From positions 3,038,001 to 3,102,000 of the forward strand of contig CATNEN010000012.1 in assembly GCA_950097015.1 (NCBI GenBank): a DNA stretch of 64,000 nt, in the 5' to 3' direction. Every line of letters starts with the position of its first letter. Position 1 is the stretch's first letter. Source of the DNA: Macrostomum hystrix (Eukaryota; Animalia; Platyhelminthes). This document shows positions 23,985 through 45,613 of the stretch, one piece after another. Under the pieces are notes generated by a model. The model had not been told where the DNA came from. It did not search any database and was given only the letters and a program-made list of their open reading frames with translations. Both the position numbers and the translations under genes were made by a program.

Positions 23985-24252
23985 AATGAAAACCCTGGCT
24001 CGTGAACAAAGATCTTCAATCGCCTTCAACACATACCCTCCCCTGTCTCATCTCTCCCGTGTCTCCTATCTCCCCTGTCTCATCTCTCCCGTGTCTCCTA
24101 TCTCCCCTGTCTCATCTCTCCCGTGTCTCCTCTCTCCCGTGTCTCATCTCTCCCGTGTCTCCTCTCTCCCGTGTCTCATCTCTCCCCTGTCTCATCTCTC
24201 CCCTGTCTCCTCTCTCCCGTGTCTCATCTCTCCCCTGTCTCCTCTCTCCCGT
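23985..24252 (+). repeat. Second copy of head + 16-bp minisatellite cassette
   Basis: Head nearly identical to 19423-19480. Confidence 0.9.
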
Positions 24253-25094
24253 ACAAGTAACCCCGTTGTGTCGGCATTTCTGTACAGCTGTCCAGTCCGT
24301 GGACTGGGGCATAGAATTCTAGATATCTGGTTGATGCGAGCTTCGCCATCCACAGTGCGCTTTCGACGAAGATTAGTGTCTTGGAATGTGGCAACGAAGT
24401 CTTGATTCCCTTCTCCTCTCCTCGCGAACGAATGATTTTATAGTTTATACTCGTAGTCCTTTAGCTCCTACAAGCAAAACAAAACCCCCACTGAACATTT
24501 GGACTGTAAATTTGCAATGTTCAAAAAGCAATGAACAAAAACCACTCTCATCCCTTCCAGCCTCCAATATTGTCCTCCTTTCATATTAACTAAAGTTTTA
24601 TCTCTGGACACTCTATCGTGCAACAAATTGTGTCCCTTGAGCTGAGCTTCGAACTACCGACCACTCCGTCAAAAGTCAGGAGCTTTAAACACGGAGCTCA
24701 ATTTTTAAAACGAAAATTGAGACAAAAAATCAAGACTAGTTGAAACGAAACAGCCAGTTGAATTGGCAGATTAAATTTTAAGATGATAGCCCAAAACTAC
24801 GAATGGACCACGGCCCTCCTAGCTCGATCAGCAGACTGGAGGCCGACAGATCAATTTGTATATTCGTTTTCTACTAATTTGACAATTAGTAGATAGAAAA
24901 TAGTCAAGGCAACAAGTCTAAAGTGTATTTACGCACGAGATAGTTTGTCTTGTTTACTAGAGTAAAAGCTTTTGGCAACACTGTTGCTGCGACAAAGCAT
25001 AAAACAAGCAATAAGCTCAACAGGAAGAGAAATGGGTCTTTGAAAGTGATTAAATGAAGGGATTGACATCCTGGATACATTAGAGATAAAACGC

Positions 25095-25650
25095 AGTGGC
25101 GGGTGCCACCGAGAGAAAATGAGGTGGTGGGTGCCATCGCGTTAATATGGGTTGGTGGGTGCCAGCGAGAGAAAATGGGGTGGTGGGTACCAGCGAGAGA
25201 AAATGGGGTGGTGGGTGCCAGTGAGTGAAACTGGGTGGTTGGTGCCAGTGAGAGAAAATGGGGTAGTGGGTGCCAGTGAGAGAAACTGGGTAAGGGTGCC
25301 AGCGAGAGAAACTGGGGTGGTGGGTGCCAGCGAGAGAAAATGGGGTGGTGGGTGCCAGTGAGAGAAACTGGGTGGTTGGTGCCAGTGAGAGAAAATGGGT
25401 TAGTGGGTGCCAGTGAGAGAAACTGGGTAAGGGTACCAGCGAGAGAAACTGGGTGGTGGGTGCCAGCGAGAGAATGGGGTGGTGGGTGCCAGCGAGAGAG
25501 ACTGGGTGGTGGGTGCCAGCGAGAGAATGGGGTGGTGGGTACCAGCGAGAGAAAATGGGGTGGGTGCCAGTGAGAGAAAATGGGGTGTTGCGTGCAAGCG
25601 AGAGAAAATGGGGTGGTGGGTGCCAGCGAGAGAGAATGGGTTGGTGGCGG
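25095..25650. repeat. ~28-bp minisatellite (gggtgccagcgagagaaaatggggtggt)
   Basis: Direct reading; heterogeneous units. Confidence 0.92.
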
Positions 25651-27099
25651 ATGCTGGCTATAGAAACTGTGGCGGTGGGTGTGTGCAAGAAAATCAGAGC
25701 TTCAAGTTCCTATAATTAGTTTATTCATGAAATCTAATGTTCTAAGATGAACAATGATCCGGAATGACGTAAAACACATACATGCCTTGTTAAAAGAAGA
25801 AAAGGGCTAGTTGGCCACCAAATCTTATGTTTTCTCCATGTTCAGGCCATCCTATTTTTTTTAATTGTGATAATTCAGTTTATAAGCATACAAAGTACAA
25901 AAGTATACGCTCGTACATAATATATTAAATGAAATATCGATAATATGTAACTCATTTTTAAGCTTAACCAAGTTCATTAAAGCAGAAGAACTTAGCAATA
26001 ATAGATCTTTAAGTATTGATAGCGAAGGCATCTAAAAACAAATAAAAACGATTAATAAACAACAAATTTTTAACTTTTGCGAGTGCCAATGCAATAACGG
26101 GATTAAAAAAACAAAGCTTTTACCAACAATCTATATAAATAGATGTGCATAGCTATGAAGCTTTATTTTGGTACTTTTTGTCGGCTCAAAAACTGCAAAA
26201 AATTGTAAGAATCGAACATATAATTTAAATAATTAAGGAAGTGAAGAAGGGAAAAACTAACAGACAGAAGTGTGTCGGGGAAGATTAAGCTACTCATAGT
26301 AGTGATTTTTATTTAGTCTTATTTATATAAACTCGCATATGGCAGCTGGATGGTGTAAGAATGGTTAGTTAGTCAGAATAGAATAAATATCGTATAAAGT
26401 AGACCTTAGTCGCTTAGGATTGTTGGTGCAGCAATAATTTGCGGATTAAAATACAGACAAGCAAAACAAAAATGAAAAAGCAGACAGTTTCAGATTTGTT
26501 AAAACAAATTAAAAAATCAAACAACAACAATAATTTAAGCAAGGTGGTTATACAGAGTAAACAGACGCGTGAAAGATAAAAATTCAAACAGTTCAGAAAA
26601 CACATTGTGGTGAAAATATAAAAGGAGCATATTTCGTTCAGAATATTATATAATTTTAGCATTTTCTCTATTCTAGCTAAAGTAAGAAGTCAAAACTAGA
26701 AAATAATAATGAACATAGCGTGGCTAAGTAAAATATTGAAAGCTACTCTAAACTTATCTCAACCTTACTACTGGCTAAAACGGAAAACACACAGAACTAA
26801 CAATAGTTTAGCAAAGAAGGGAGTTCCAGCTCATTTTAGATATTGACAATCAGTTCATACTACTGCCGCTGCCTTTTGGCAAAAGTAGTCAGTCGCGAAA
26901 AATCGAATTGTTGGAAAAGAACTTTAAGGAATGAGAGTTCGCATCAGCAACACAGAGATAAACATGAAGTGCTCAGATCAAAGAATGAATGAGTTTATTG
27001 TCCAAGTGTCCAAGGGTGTGAATGCGAGCTCAGAAAGGCATAATACAAAATTGCCAGCAAAGTTTTCTAACCCCAGAAGATAAAATCTAGCATGCCACC

Positions 27100-28505
27100 C
27101 AGCCCAAATCTAGCCAGGTATCCAGCTTAAATCTAGCCTGACATCCAGCTTAAATCTAGCCTGACATCCAGCTAAAATCTAGCCTGACATCCAGCTTAAA
27201 TCTAGCTAGGTATCCAGCTTAAATCTAGCTAGGTATCCAGCTTAAATCTAGCCTGACATCCAGCTAAAATCTAGCCTGACATCCAGCTTAAATCTAGCCT
27301 GACATCCAGCTTAAATCTAGCCTGACATCCAGCTTAAATCTAGCCTGACATCCAGCTTAAATCTAGCCTGACATCCAGCTTAAATCTAGCCTGACATCCA
27401 GCTTAAATCTAGCCTGACATCCAGCTAAAATCTAGCCTGATATCCAGCTTAAATCTAGCTAGGTATCCAGCTTAAATCTAGCTAGGTATCCAGCTTAAAT
27501 CTAGCCTGACATCCAGCTCAAATCTAGCCTGAAATCCAGCTTAAATCTAGCCTGAAATCCAGCTTAAATCTTGCCTGAAATCCAGCTTAAATCTAGCCTG
27601 ACATCCAGCTCAAATCTAGCCTGAAATCCAGCTTAAGTCAAGAATGATATCCAACTGAAATCTTGCCTGAAATCCAGCTCAAATCTAGCCTGACATCCAG
27701 CTCAAATCTAGCCTGAAATCCAGCTTAAGTCAAGAATGATATCCAACTGAAATCTTGCGTGAAATCCAGCTCAAATCTAGCCTGACATCCAGCTTAAATC
27801 AAGCCTGACATCCAGCTCAAATCTAGCCTGAAATCCAGCTCAAATCTAGCATGATATCCAGCTTAAGTCAAGAATGATATCCAACTGAAATCTTGCCTGA
27901 CATCCAGCTTAAATCTAGCCTGACATCCAGCTTAAATCTAGCCTGACAACCAGCTAAAATCTAGCCTGACATCCAGCTTAAATCTAGCCTGACATCCAGC
28001 TAAAATCTAGCCTGACATCCAGCTTAAATCTAGCCTGACATCCAGCTTAAATCTAGCCTGACATCCAGCTTAAATCTAGCCTGACATCCAGCTAAAATCT
28101 AGCCTGACATCCAGCTTAAATCTAGCCTGACATCCAGCTTAAATCTAGCCTGACATCCAGCTCAAATCTAGCCTGAAATCCAGCTCAAATCTAGCATGAT
28201 ATCCAGCTCAAATCTAGCATGATATCCAGCTCAAATCTAGCATGATATCCAGCTCAAATCTAGCATGATATCCAGCTCAAATCTAGCCTGAAATCCAGCT
28301 CAAATCTAGCATGATATCCAGCTCAAATCTAGCATGATATCCAGCTCAAATCTAGCCTGAAATCCAGCTCAAATCTAGCATGATATCCAGCTCAAATCTA
28401 GCATGATATCCAGCTCAAATCTAGCCTGAAATCCAGCTCAAATCTAGCACGATATCCAGCTCAAATCTAGCATGATATCCAGCTCAAATCTAGCATGATA
28501 TCCAG
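27100..28505. repeat. 23-bp minisatellite (tccagcttaaatctagcctgaca) downstream of the SERCA stop
   Basis: Direct reading. Confidence 0.96.
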
Positions 28506-28611
28506 TCCCAACCAATGATCCTCTCAAACGCACCCAGAACAAAGTGTTAATAAATCACAACACTTAAAAGAGGCAAACGTGTCACTTCCAGATCCGGATA
28601 GCACCGCTGTT

Positions 28612-37898
<9,287 letters not shown>

Positions 37899-39900
37899 GA
37901 CTTGCACTAATAATCTTTTAAAAATTCTGTAACCACTTGCTGATTAGTGAGCTTGCTGAAGTGTCAATATTTGGTGTGAGACTTTAAATGCTGGTAAAAA
38001 GAGTATAAGTTATCAATCTCTATCTCTTGAAGTTTGTGATAGGTTTAACAAAAGAAGCGAAATTAGATAATATGTAGTTTAGATTTAGATAGTTAAACGT
38101 AAACTAGTCTGCAGTTCTATTATTGTTTCTAACAACAAACAATATAATATATATATCTAAATCTCGATAGATACAGAAAATACATACTTATAGTAACTAT
38201 TAAGCTGCTATATGAATGAAACATAAACTAGTAGTTCAAGTAACAAATAGTAAAGATTGAGAAAGTGTCTAGATTTTGCATGTAGTTGGGTGTTTGTTAT
38301 AACTTGAATTAAGCTTGAATTTAGTAACTATACTGTCAATAGGTAATGGCTAAACCACTAAGCAAATAGCTATACTAATTATTTAAATAGACCCGATATA
38401 GCTATACTCGTACTTATCTACTTAAGTACTTAAACTAGGCATATAGCTAATCAAGTATTGTCAGTTTTAATCTTTAACATTTCATACTTTACAGATAATT
38501 TACAAAGCTAGAAGGTTTTTTAGGCCTAGACTGAGGATTTTAGCTAGCTATTTCACAAAGGGTCAGGTAATTAATGCCTGAATAATAACAAAAGCCAATC
38601 AGGAAGAGCAAATAAACAAATCAACTAATGGTAAATAATGGGTAGAATTTTATTCCCATAGCCAGGTATAGTTTTATAGCATTTATAGCTAGTCTTGTAT
38701 AAGTATATATTTTACCCTATAGTACATTATGTTATACCCTAAGCATATATTATGCTTAGTGCACACAAGAAAAAGGCTTAAGTATATGCAATTTTTTTGG
38801 TACATTTTAAAGTCAAAATATGTTTAACAACCCATTACATTTGCCTGATTTTTAAGTCATTTTGCATAATTTCATACTCAGTTTGATGTTTAGCATATTT
38901 TCGGTACCTTTTTGTATCTGTGTTATGTTGGTATGAGTTTTTGAAACTTATTATAATAAGTTTTCTGCTACACATGCAATATACTAACCCAGAGCACTAG
39001 CTAAGTGTGCATACCAAGAATTCAATGAGGCAAGTACATATCAACCATGAATGAATGCAACATCAATGCACTCATACCCAAATTTTAGAGCATGAGTATA
39101 CTATTGGATCCAGACAAGGCCTATGGCTTTGGTGTGTGGTCATTTTGTCTGTCGCCTTCTCATCATCTAGTTTTAGTTTAATAGCATATCATTCATAGAA
39201 ATATTATCAGAATTTTTAAGAAGTATTTTTGTTTTCTTGGCTTTAGCTTTCATAGATGAGTGTGTTGTTTGCCATGCTATTGCTACAGCTAGGCAGCATG
39301 CTCTTTAGTGTGACAGATGTGTCAATTGGCAATATTTGGAAATAGAAAAGTTTGGTTACAGCTGTGTATTTATAGGCTACTTATTAGCTTTAGAACTTTC
39401 CTGGAAATTCTAGTATTATAACAAATTATAAATTATAAGACATTTACATTGCATTTCAATATGACGCTTATTGATGTAATTGGTTATTCCAACTAATGCC
39501 TTTATTAGCAGATGAATGGACTATATCATATATTGGCAGACAAAATGACTATTGTATATTGGCAGACAAGAAAGGGGGCCAACAAAATGACAGTTAACAA
39601 TGGTTTTTACCACTTGGTTTTGCCCAAAAAAATCTGCTATCATGTAAGCAACCATAGTCAGGAAGGTGGCAGAGTGTGCCGGAATAAATTTTGGAGAGAC
39701 AATCTGTGCCCCAACTGTACGCCATCTGTGCACTGTTTCTGTCCCCTAACCCTGACCCTACACAGAAAAGCACCCTATGCTAACCTAAGGGTATATGATA
39801 TATTAATGTTACAAAATGATTACGAACTTGATTTGATTATCATATTTCAAATTCAAAGTCAAGCAAAAGATATTATTAAATATATATATATATATATATA

Positions 39901-40148
39901 CATACATGCGCAACCTCCCAAATCTTAGCCAGCCGTACGACTTTGTTTTTGCTCCATTTAGGACTTAGTTTGCTCTCATTTGCTCTCTTTTTCTCTCCCC
40001 TTTTTCCTTTTCTTCACACCTTCCTTTTTTGTCCCTTGGTCCCCTTCGATTTTTTGCACTTGGTCAATTGGCTTTTGCGACTTACCTTACTTGGCCCTCG
40101 TTTCACCCGGCCGGTTTGGCCGGGTCAGCCGGGTGTTGCGCATGTATG
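39901..40148. mobile_element. Small MITE-like element with 14-bp terminal inverted repeats next to a (TA)n run
   Basis: catacatgcgcaac (39901-39914) and gttgcgcatgtatg (40135-40148); TSD unclear. Confidence 0.45.
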
Positions 40149-40151
40149 ATA

Positions 40152-42032
40152 TCTATATATATAAAAGTGAAAACTCTGTCTGTCTGTCTGTGTGTGTGCA
40201 ACCTTTTGTCTTTATAGACGCCGAAACCGCTCAACCAAATTGCACCAAACTTTGCACATACCTAAAACCACCTACGCTGAGTGCAATAGGCTACTCAAAT
40301 TCCCGAAAAATCATTTCCTTCCTGCTCAAAAGTGCAAAAAACTGCTCAAAAATCGTCAAAAAATCACTCAATTCGACATATCGTTGCCCCACTTTGTCAG
40401 ATTTTTTCCAAATTTGATCCACTTACACTTTACATGTTTTCCAACAATGCTGTCAATTTTGAACATCTCTACTCAATCCAGAGCAAAGCTGCATCATCTC
40501 AAAGTGAGTCACTTTTTGTTTTCCGAGGACAGCCACCCCAACTCCCCTCTGCCACTCTGCGGGCCAAATTTTATTACAGCCACCCCCTCCCTTCCCCGGG
40601 CGCCGAAGCCCCAGACTGTACATTGTATTTCAAGCCGTGAATGTACACAGCCCAAACCCCTAGACTGTCTACTGGCCCCCAAGCAGCACTGAGACTGAGT
40701 GCGGTGAGTGCGGTGGCGTCCCAGTGCGCAGGGCTCTCCGGTTGATATTTCTCTCCAGCCAGCCTATTTCTCTCAATATGCTGACATTGACTGGCTGTCA
40801 GAGAGGGCAATTCTGTGTCCTAGAAATGATGCCGCCAACGAAATTAACTACTAACTGCTTCAGGAGTTGCCAGGTGCAGTTTTCACCTACAAGTCAATTG
40901 ATACAATGTTGACTGATGACACCGCTGTGGAGTATCTTGTTGAGTTTCTGAACTCTCTAGATCCTCCTGGAACTCCATCGCACAACTTGCAGCTGAAAGT
41001 TGGGGCACCAATTATGCTCCTCCGCAACCTGAATGCGCCAAGGCTGTGTAACGGCACCAGACTGATAGTCAGGCGGCTCTTCCCACACGTGATTGAGGCC
41101 ACGATAATGACTGGATCTGGCAGAGGAGAGTCTGTGTTCGTTCCCCAGATTCCAATTATCCCCACGGACCTGCCATTTTAGTTCAAGTGACTGCAGTTCC
41201 CTGTGAGAGTGTGCTTTGCGATGACTATTAACAAGGCTCAGGGACAGTCGCTGAAGGTGGCTGGCATCAACCTGGAGACTCCGTGCTTCTCGCATGGGCA
41301 GCTTTATGTCGCCTGCTCCCGTGTTGGAACTCCAGCTGGCCTATTCATTTTCACACCAAGGGGAAGAATGAAGAATGTGGTGTATCCCCAGGCCTTAAGG
41401 TGACTTGCAAGCAATTAATAGAAAAGTAGTCACGAATTGACCTTGACCTGTCTAACTCTGAACTCTGAAACAGTTTAATTTTGTTTCTTTGACATTGTTA
41501 TTGTTATGTCATGGCTATTTTCCTTATGTCTACGCGTGTACATGCATACTGTATACAGAGGCAGATTTAGGGGGGGCGGGGGGGGCAGTCGCCCCCAAAA
41601 TTTTAATCATAGGAATAAGATGCCCCCACCAGGGGCGCCAGTCGCAGCACTGGCGCCCCTTTTCGGCCGCTGGCGCCTCTTTTTCAGCCGCTGGCACCTT
41701 TTCTTGGCTCCTGGCGCCTTTTTTCGGCCCTCTGTGATTCTCATGGCGCTCCCCTGACAGACCGCCCCAAAACAAAATTCCTGGATCTGCCACTGACTGT
41801 ATAGAGGAGTGGCTAAGAGACATGTTTCTAAAGAAGTAATCAAGAGGGGGCTGTTTGGACAAACTTTTCACTTATTTTTTACTTAAAACGCCCTTAAACA
41901 AACTCTTCACTTTTCATTAATGCAGTAAATAAATAAATGGTGACCTTCACTATAAAGTTAATACAGAGACGTGAATTGCTTACTGCTTTGCTTTAAATTT
42001 CTGCCCCAAAAACAACGGGCAAAAAAAGCTAG
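40152..42032 (+). mobile_element. Non-autonomous Helitron with degenerate PIF1-family helicase C-terminus
   Basis: A|TCtatatatataaaa 5' end; short hairpin gccc..gggc then CTAG|T at 42029-42033. LKVGAPIMLLRNL, LCNGTRL, FAMTINKAQGQSL, FSHGQLYVACSRV at 40867-41403 with in-frame stops at ~41179 and ~41188. Confidence 0.85.
41556..41795. mobile_element. hAT-type MITE (240 bp) nested in the Helitron
   Basis: Imperfect TIR cagaggcagat / atctgccactg; exact 8-bp TSD actgtata at 41548-41555 and 41796-41803. Confidence 0.85.
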
Positions 42033-42447
42033 TATATATATACGATACAAGCAAATTACTAAGCAAATATATGTAATATTGAAAAAAAACTGATTTGAAA
42101 ACTGTAATTGTAACACAGTTGATGGGATAAGTGCAATGATCAATGATTCAATGCTTCAATTCAATGATTCAATGAATCACTGACACAAAACATTATGAAC
42201 AATTTCAATCGTTGAAAAATGCAAGTTAGAATAACAAATATGCAATTTATGACAAATTATGACTTCTAGGAATTTATAGTGTGTACTGCAGCTTATGGGC
42301 CAATGTGCACCGAGACCCTTTGTGTACACTGCACTTGTGCGCCAATGTGCACTGAGACCCTTTGTGTGCGCTGCGCTTGTGCACCAATGTGTGCCAAGAC
42401 CCTTTGTGTGCACAGGAATTTTCCCCCTCAGAGGCCACCTTCCTGAC

Positions 42448-43771
42448 GGAAGGAAACAGTCCATTTCGGCGACAAGTTATTTCGGCGACAATACTTTTGA
42501 AGCCGTGGAACAAATTTATTTTATTTATTTTTTTTACTTTTATTTAAATCGAATAAATGAAGCCACAAATTGGCAGAAGCGCGGAACTGAGGGTAGGAGA
42601 GGAGGTTAGAATGTGAGCAGTGGACCAATCAGAAGGGAGGAAAGAACAAAAGGATAGAGAATGAGAGATCAGCCACAGAGATAACGAGAGAGAAAGAACT
42701 AGACTGAACTGGACGATGTAAACAAGAAAAGTCCAGAGAACGAAAGAGTGAATAGAGGACAGAAGGCAGAGACGAAAGTCGCGACAGCACTTCTACCTGT
42801 GTAGAATAATGAAGTCGATAACGAACATGTTAGTTATAAAATATTGGTGACGGCAAACGATGCTACTTATAAGTAAGACAGGTGAGGTTGACGCACATAG
42901 AGTATGGACCAAACTGATCCAAACTCGCTATTTATAGGGTAATTTATCATCAACCAAACAGTGTATCTTCAAAACTGAACAAGAATTTTAACTCCTTCCT
43001 TGGTCTCATGTAAGACAGAAACAAATTATTGTGTTTAACAGAACAACTAATTTAAAAGTTGAAGAAATTATCTACAAGCTGAGGCATGATGTGCAATGAA
43101 GCTTTAAAAGGAAGGAAAGATATGGACATTTCAGTAGAAATTTTTATCACAAAAGCATACTTTTTAACAACATTTTATCAGCATGTACTTTAGACTAAGA
43201 TTGTATGCAGTTGCTTTCCAATTAAATGACCATAAATGTAGTTATTTATAGAGCATGAAAAATGCTATCAAATGAGATAATTCATGATAGTTCACTCCTT
43301 AAAATAAGATTAAACCACTCACTCAAATTGTAAAACTGAACATCTTCAGTTTGAAGATATATGAAAATCATTGTTTGGTTTTAGATGAAAAACATGAAAA
43401 ACTTTTTTCCTATTTGACAAAATAGCAAAAGCATATACTTTTTAGAAAGTTATAAATGTTTTCTATAACTTGGCTTTTGATTTATAATCATATCTTAAAT
43501 AGAAAATCTGTAGCTTAGGTTTGAAGTAAAAAAATTCCATATTCTTGTTTGGCTGATGATACATTACCCTATTACATGTTAAAACAAATACTATAACAGG
43601 AATACATTAACAAGTAGAAGAATCAAATACATTGCATACTCAATAAGCAAACACTATCAGATCCATTATTACTGCGGTTTCGATGTTTGTCGCCGAAGTG
43701 GTTGTCGCCGAAATGACTTGTTGCCAAAATGGTTGTCGCCAAAATGACTTGTCGCCGAAATGGACTGGATT
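42448..43771. mobile_element. Mutator-like non-autonomous DNA transposon
   Basis: Perfect 21-bp inverted repeat cagtccatttcggcgacaagt (42457-42477 / 43747-43767) with subterminal ggcgacaa repeats; 9-bp TSD cttcctgac at 42439-42447 and 43772-43780. Superfamily inferred from TSD length. Confidence 0.7.
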
Positions 43772-45613
43772 CTTCCTGACTACGGGTAAGCTATTTTTCC
43801 ACAAATCCACTATATTTATATACAATAGAATAACTAAACTTGTAAAACTGATGTCTGTATTGATAGCAATGGACTATAAGGCATAGTATCAACTTTTCAT
43901 TATGGAATGTGCTTATGTAGAGCAAAGCCAAGGTGGTTTTAGTTGCTTTTTTGCCTTGTGACAATTATTGAACAATGTAGAGCAAAAAAAAAATTAATTT
44001 TTGATTACTGAAGACAAAATAAAAAGTCTGAAAGTAAAATTTCTAGGAAAGTTCAAGGAAATCTGCTCTTATTGCATTGAAGTGTAAGGAAACATGTAAA
44101 AAGAATAACCAAAAAGTTACATTATAGGCCCTACACAACACTATACATTACTCAGAGCAATAATTGCACCTGCACTATATTAAATGAGACCCACAACAAA
44201 AATAGTTAACACAGTTATTGTGGGCTACCTAAGTAACACTAAGACTAGCCCCTACGCCTACAGACAGTGTCGAAAAATTAAAACAAAAATATTTTATTGA
44301 TAGGCCCTAACTTGATAATGATGTCGTAATCCTAACATTATTACACTAATATCATTATCTAATGATAATAGTCACTGGGATAGAATTATAGCAATTCTAC
44401 TCCTTGTAGTATTTGGTGAAAACTAACACGAAATATAGTATTATCAAAGATGGTATCATAAGCGACTGGAGACATTACCATTATCTTACAACAATCCTTA
44501 ATGGCGTGATTTGACACGACGTACAGTGCGCAAATTTAAATATGCTTTTTACAGGTGTAAGGAGTAAAACAAATAAAATGCTTATAGGCCTTTATAACAA
44601 TTTTTTCTGCTTAGGTTTTTTTAATTTATTATAAGTTTTACTAAAAAAATTTCATTTCGTTCACTAAAACGTTCGGTGTATTTGAAAAAAGAAGTCCATA
44701 ATGCGGTTCTCGAATTTTCCATGTTGCAGGAGCAATATGTTTTGCCCACTTGGTAAAAAATAGAGATTATATTAATATGACGAGGCATAATGTAAGCGTC
44801 TTGCATTAGACCACAAATTTTCTTTAATCTTGAATTTTATTGATGAGACTCTTAGTTTTCAATCGACAGTTGAAATGCTCCCTTCTTGTTACCAATAAAA
44901 ATTTCTCTGAAACAATTGTTATCCGAATACATCTGAGCATAAAAATGACTTGTTGAAAATTAGAATATAAGTAAGATTAAAATATTAAAATATAATTAAG
45001 TAAATTATATAATTAAATCATTATAATTAATGAAATTATAATTATAATACTCACATTCACATAAGCGTTTCTGAACAATGTGCGATCGACTGATCAAAGG
45101 TACACGCAGCCATGCATTCTGCTACGCAGTTAGAGGGTTCTATTGTGAACTGCTTCGGACCTAAATCCCCATCTGAGCTGATCGTAAAAAATCGCAAATT
45201 ATCCCCGATGCATTTCCAAAACTCACTGGTCAAATAATGTTTGATTGTCTGTCTGTCTGTCTGTCTGTCTATATATATATATATATATATGTATAGATCC
45301 GCTCGTATCTATCTATTGATAGATTGAGACTGCATATATCAAAGTGTATGTTTTTCAAATAGCTTTTATAGTTTTTCTTTTTCATATAGTTTATTATTAT
45401 TGGGTTTTAAAAATCCTGGAACTTGGAAAATACACGTAAAAACAGAACCGAACAAATAAGACAAACATAAATAGAAACTACCGACAGAAAACAACCAGAG
45501 GAACATTCCACATACTATTTTACTATGTACGCTCGATTTACTAGCGGACGTAATGGCAAGTTAAAAAATGTTAATTATAAAATGTCACACTGCACTCGAA
45601 ACTGTCAGACTGC

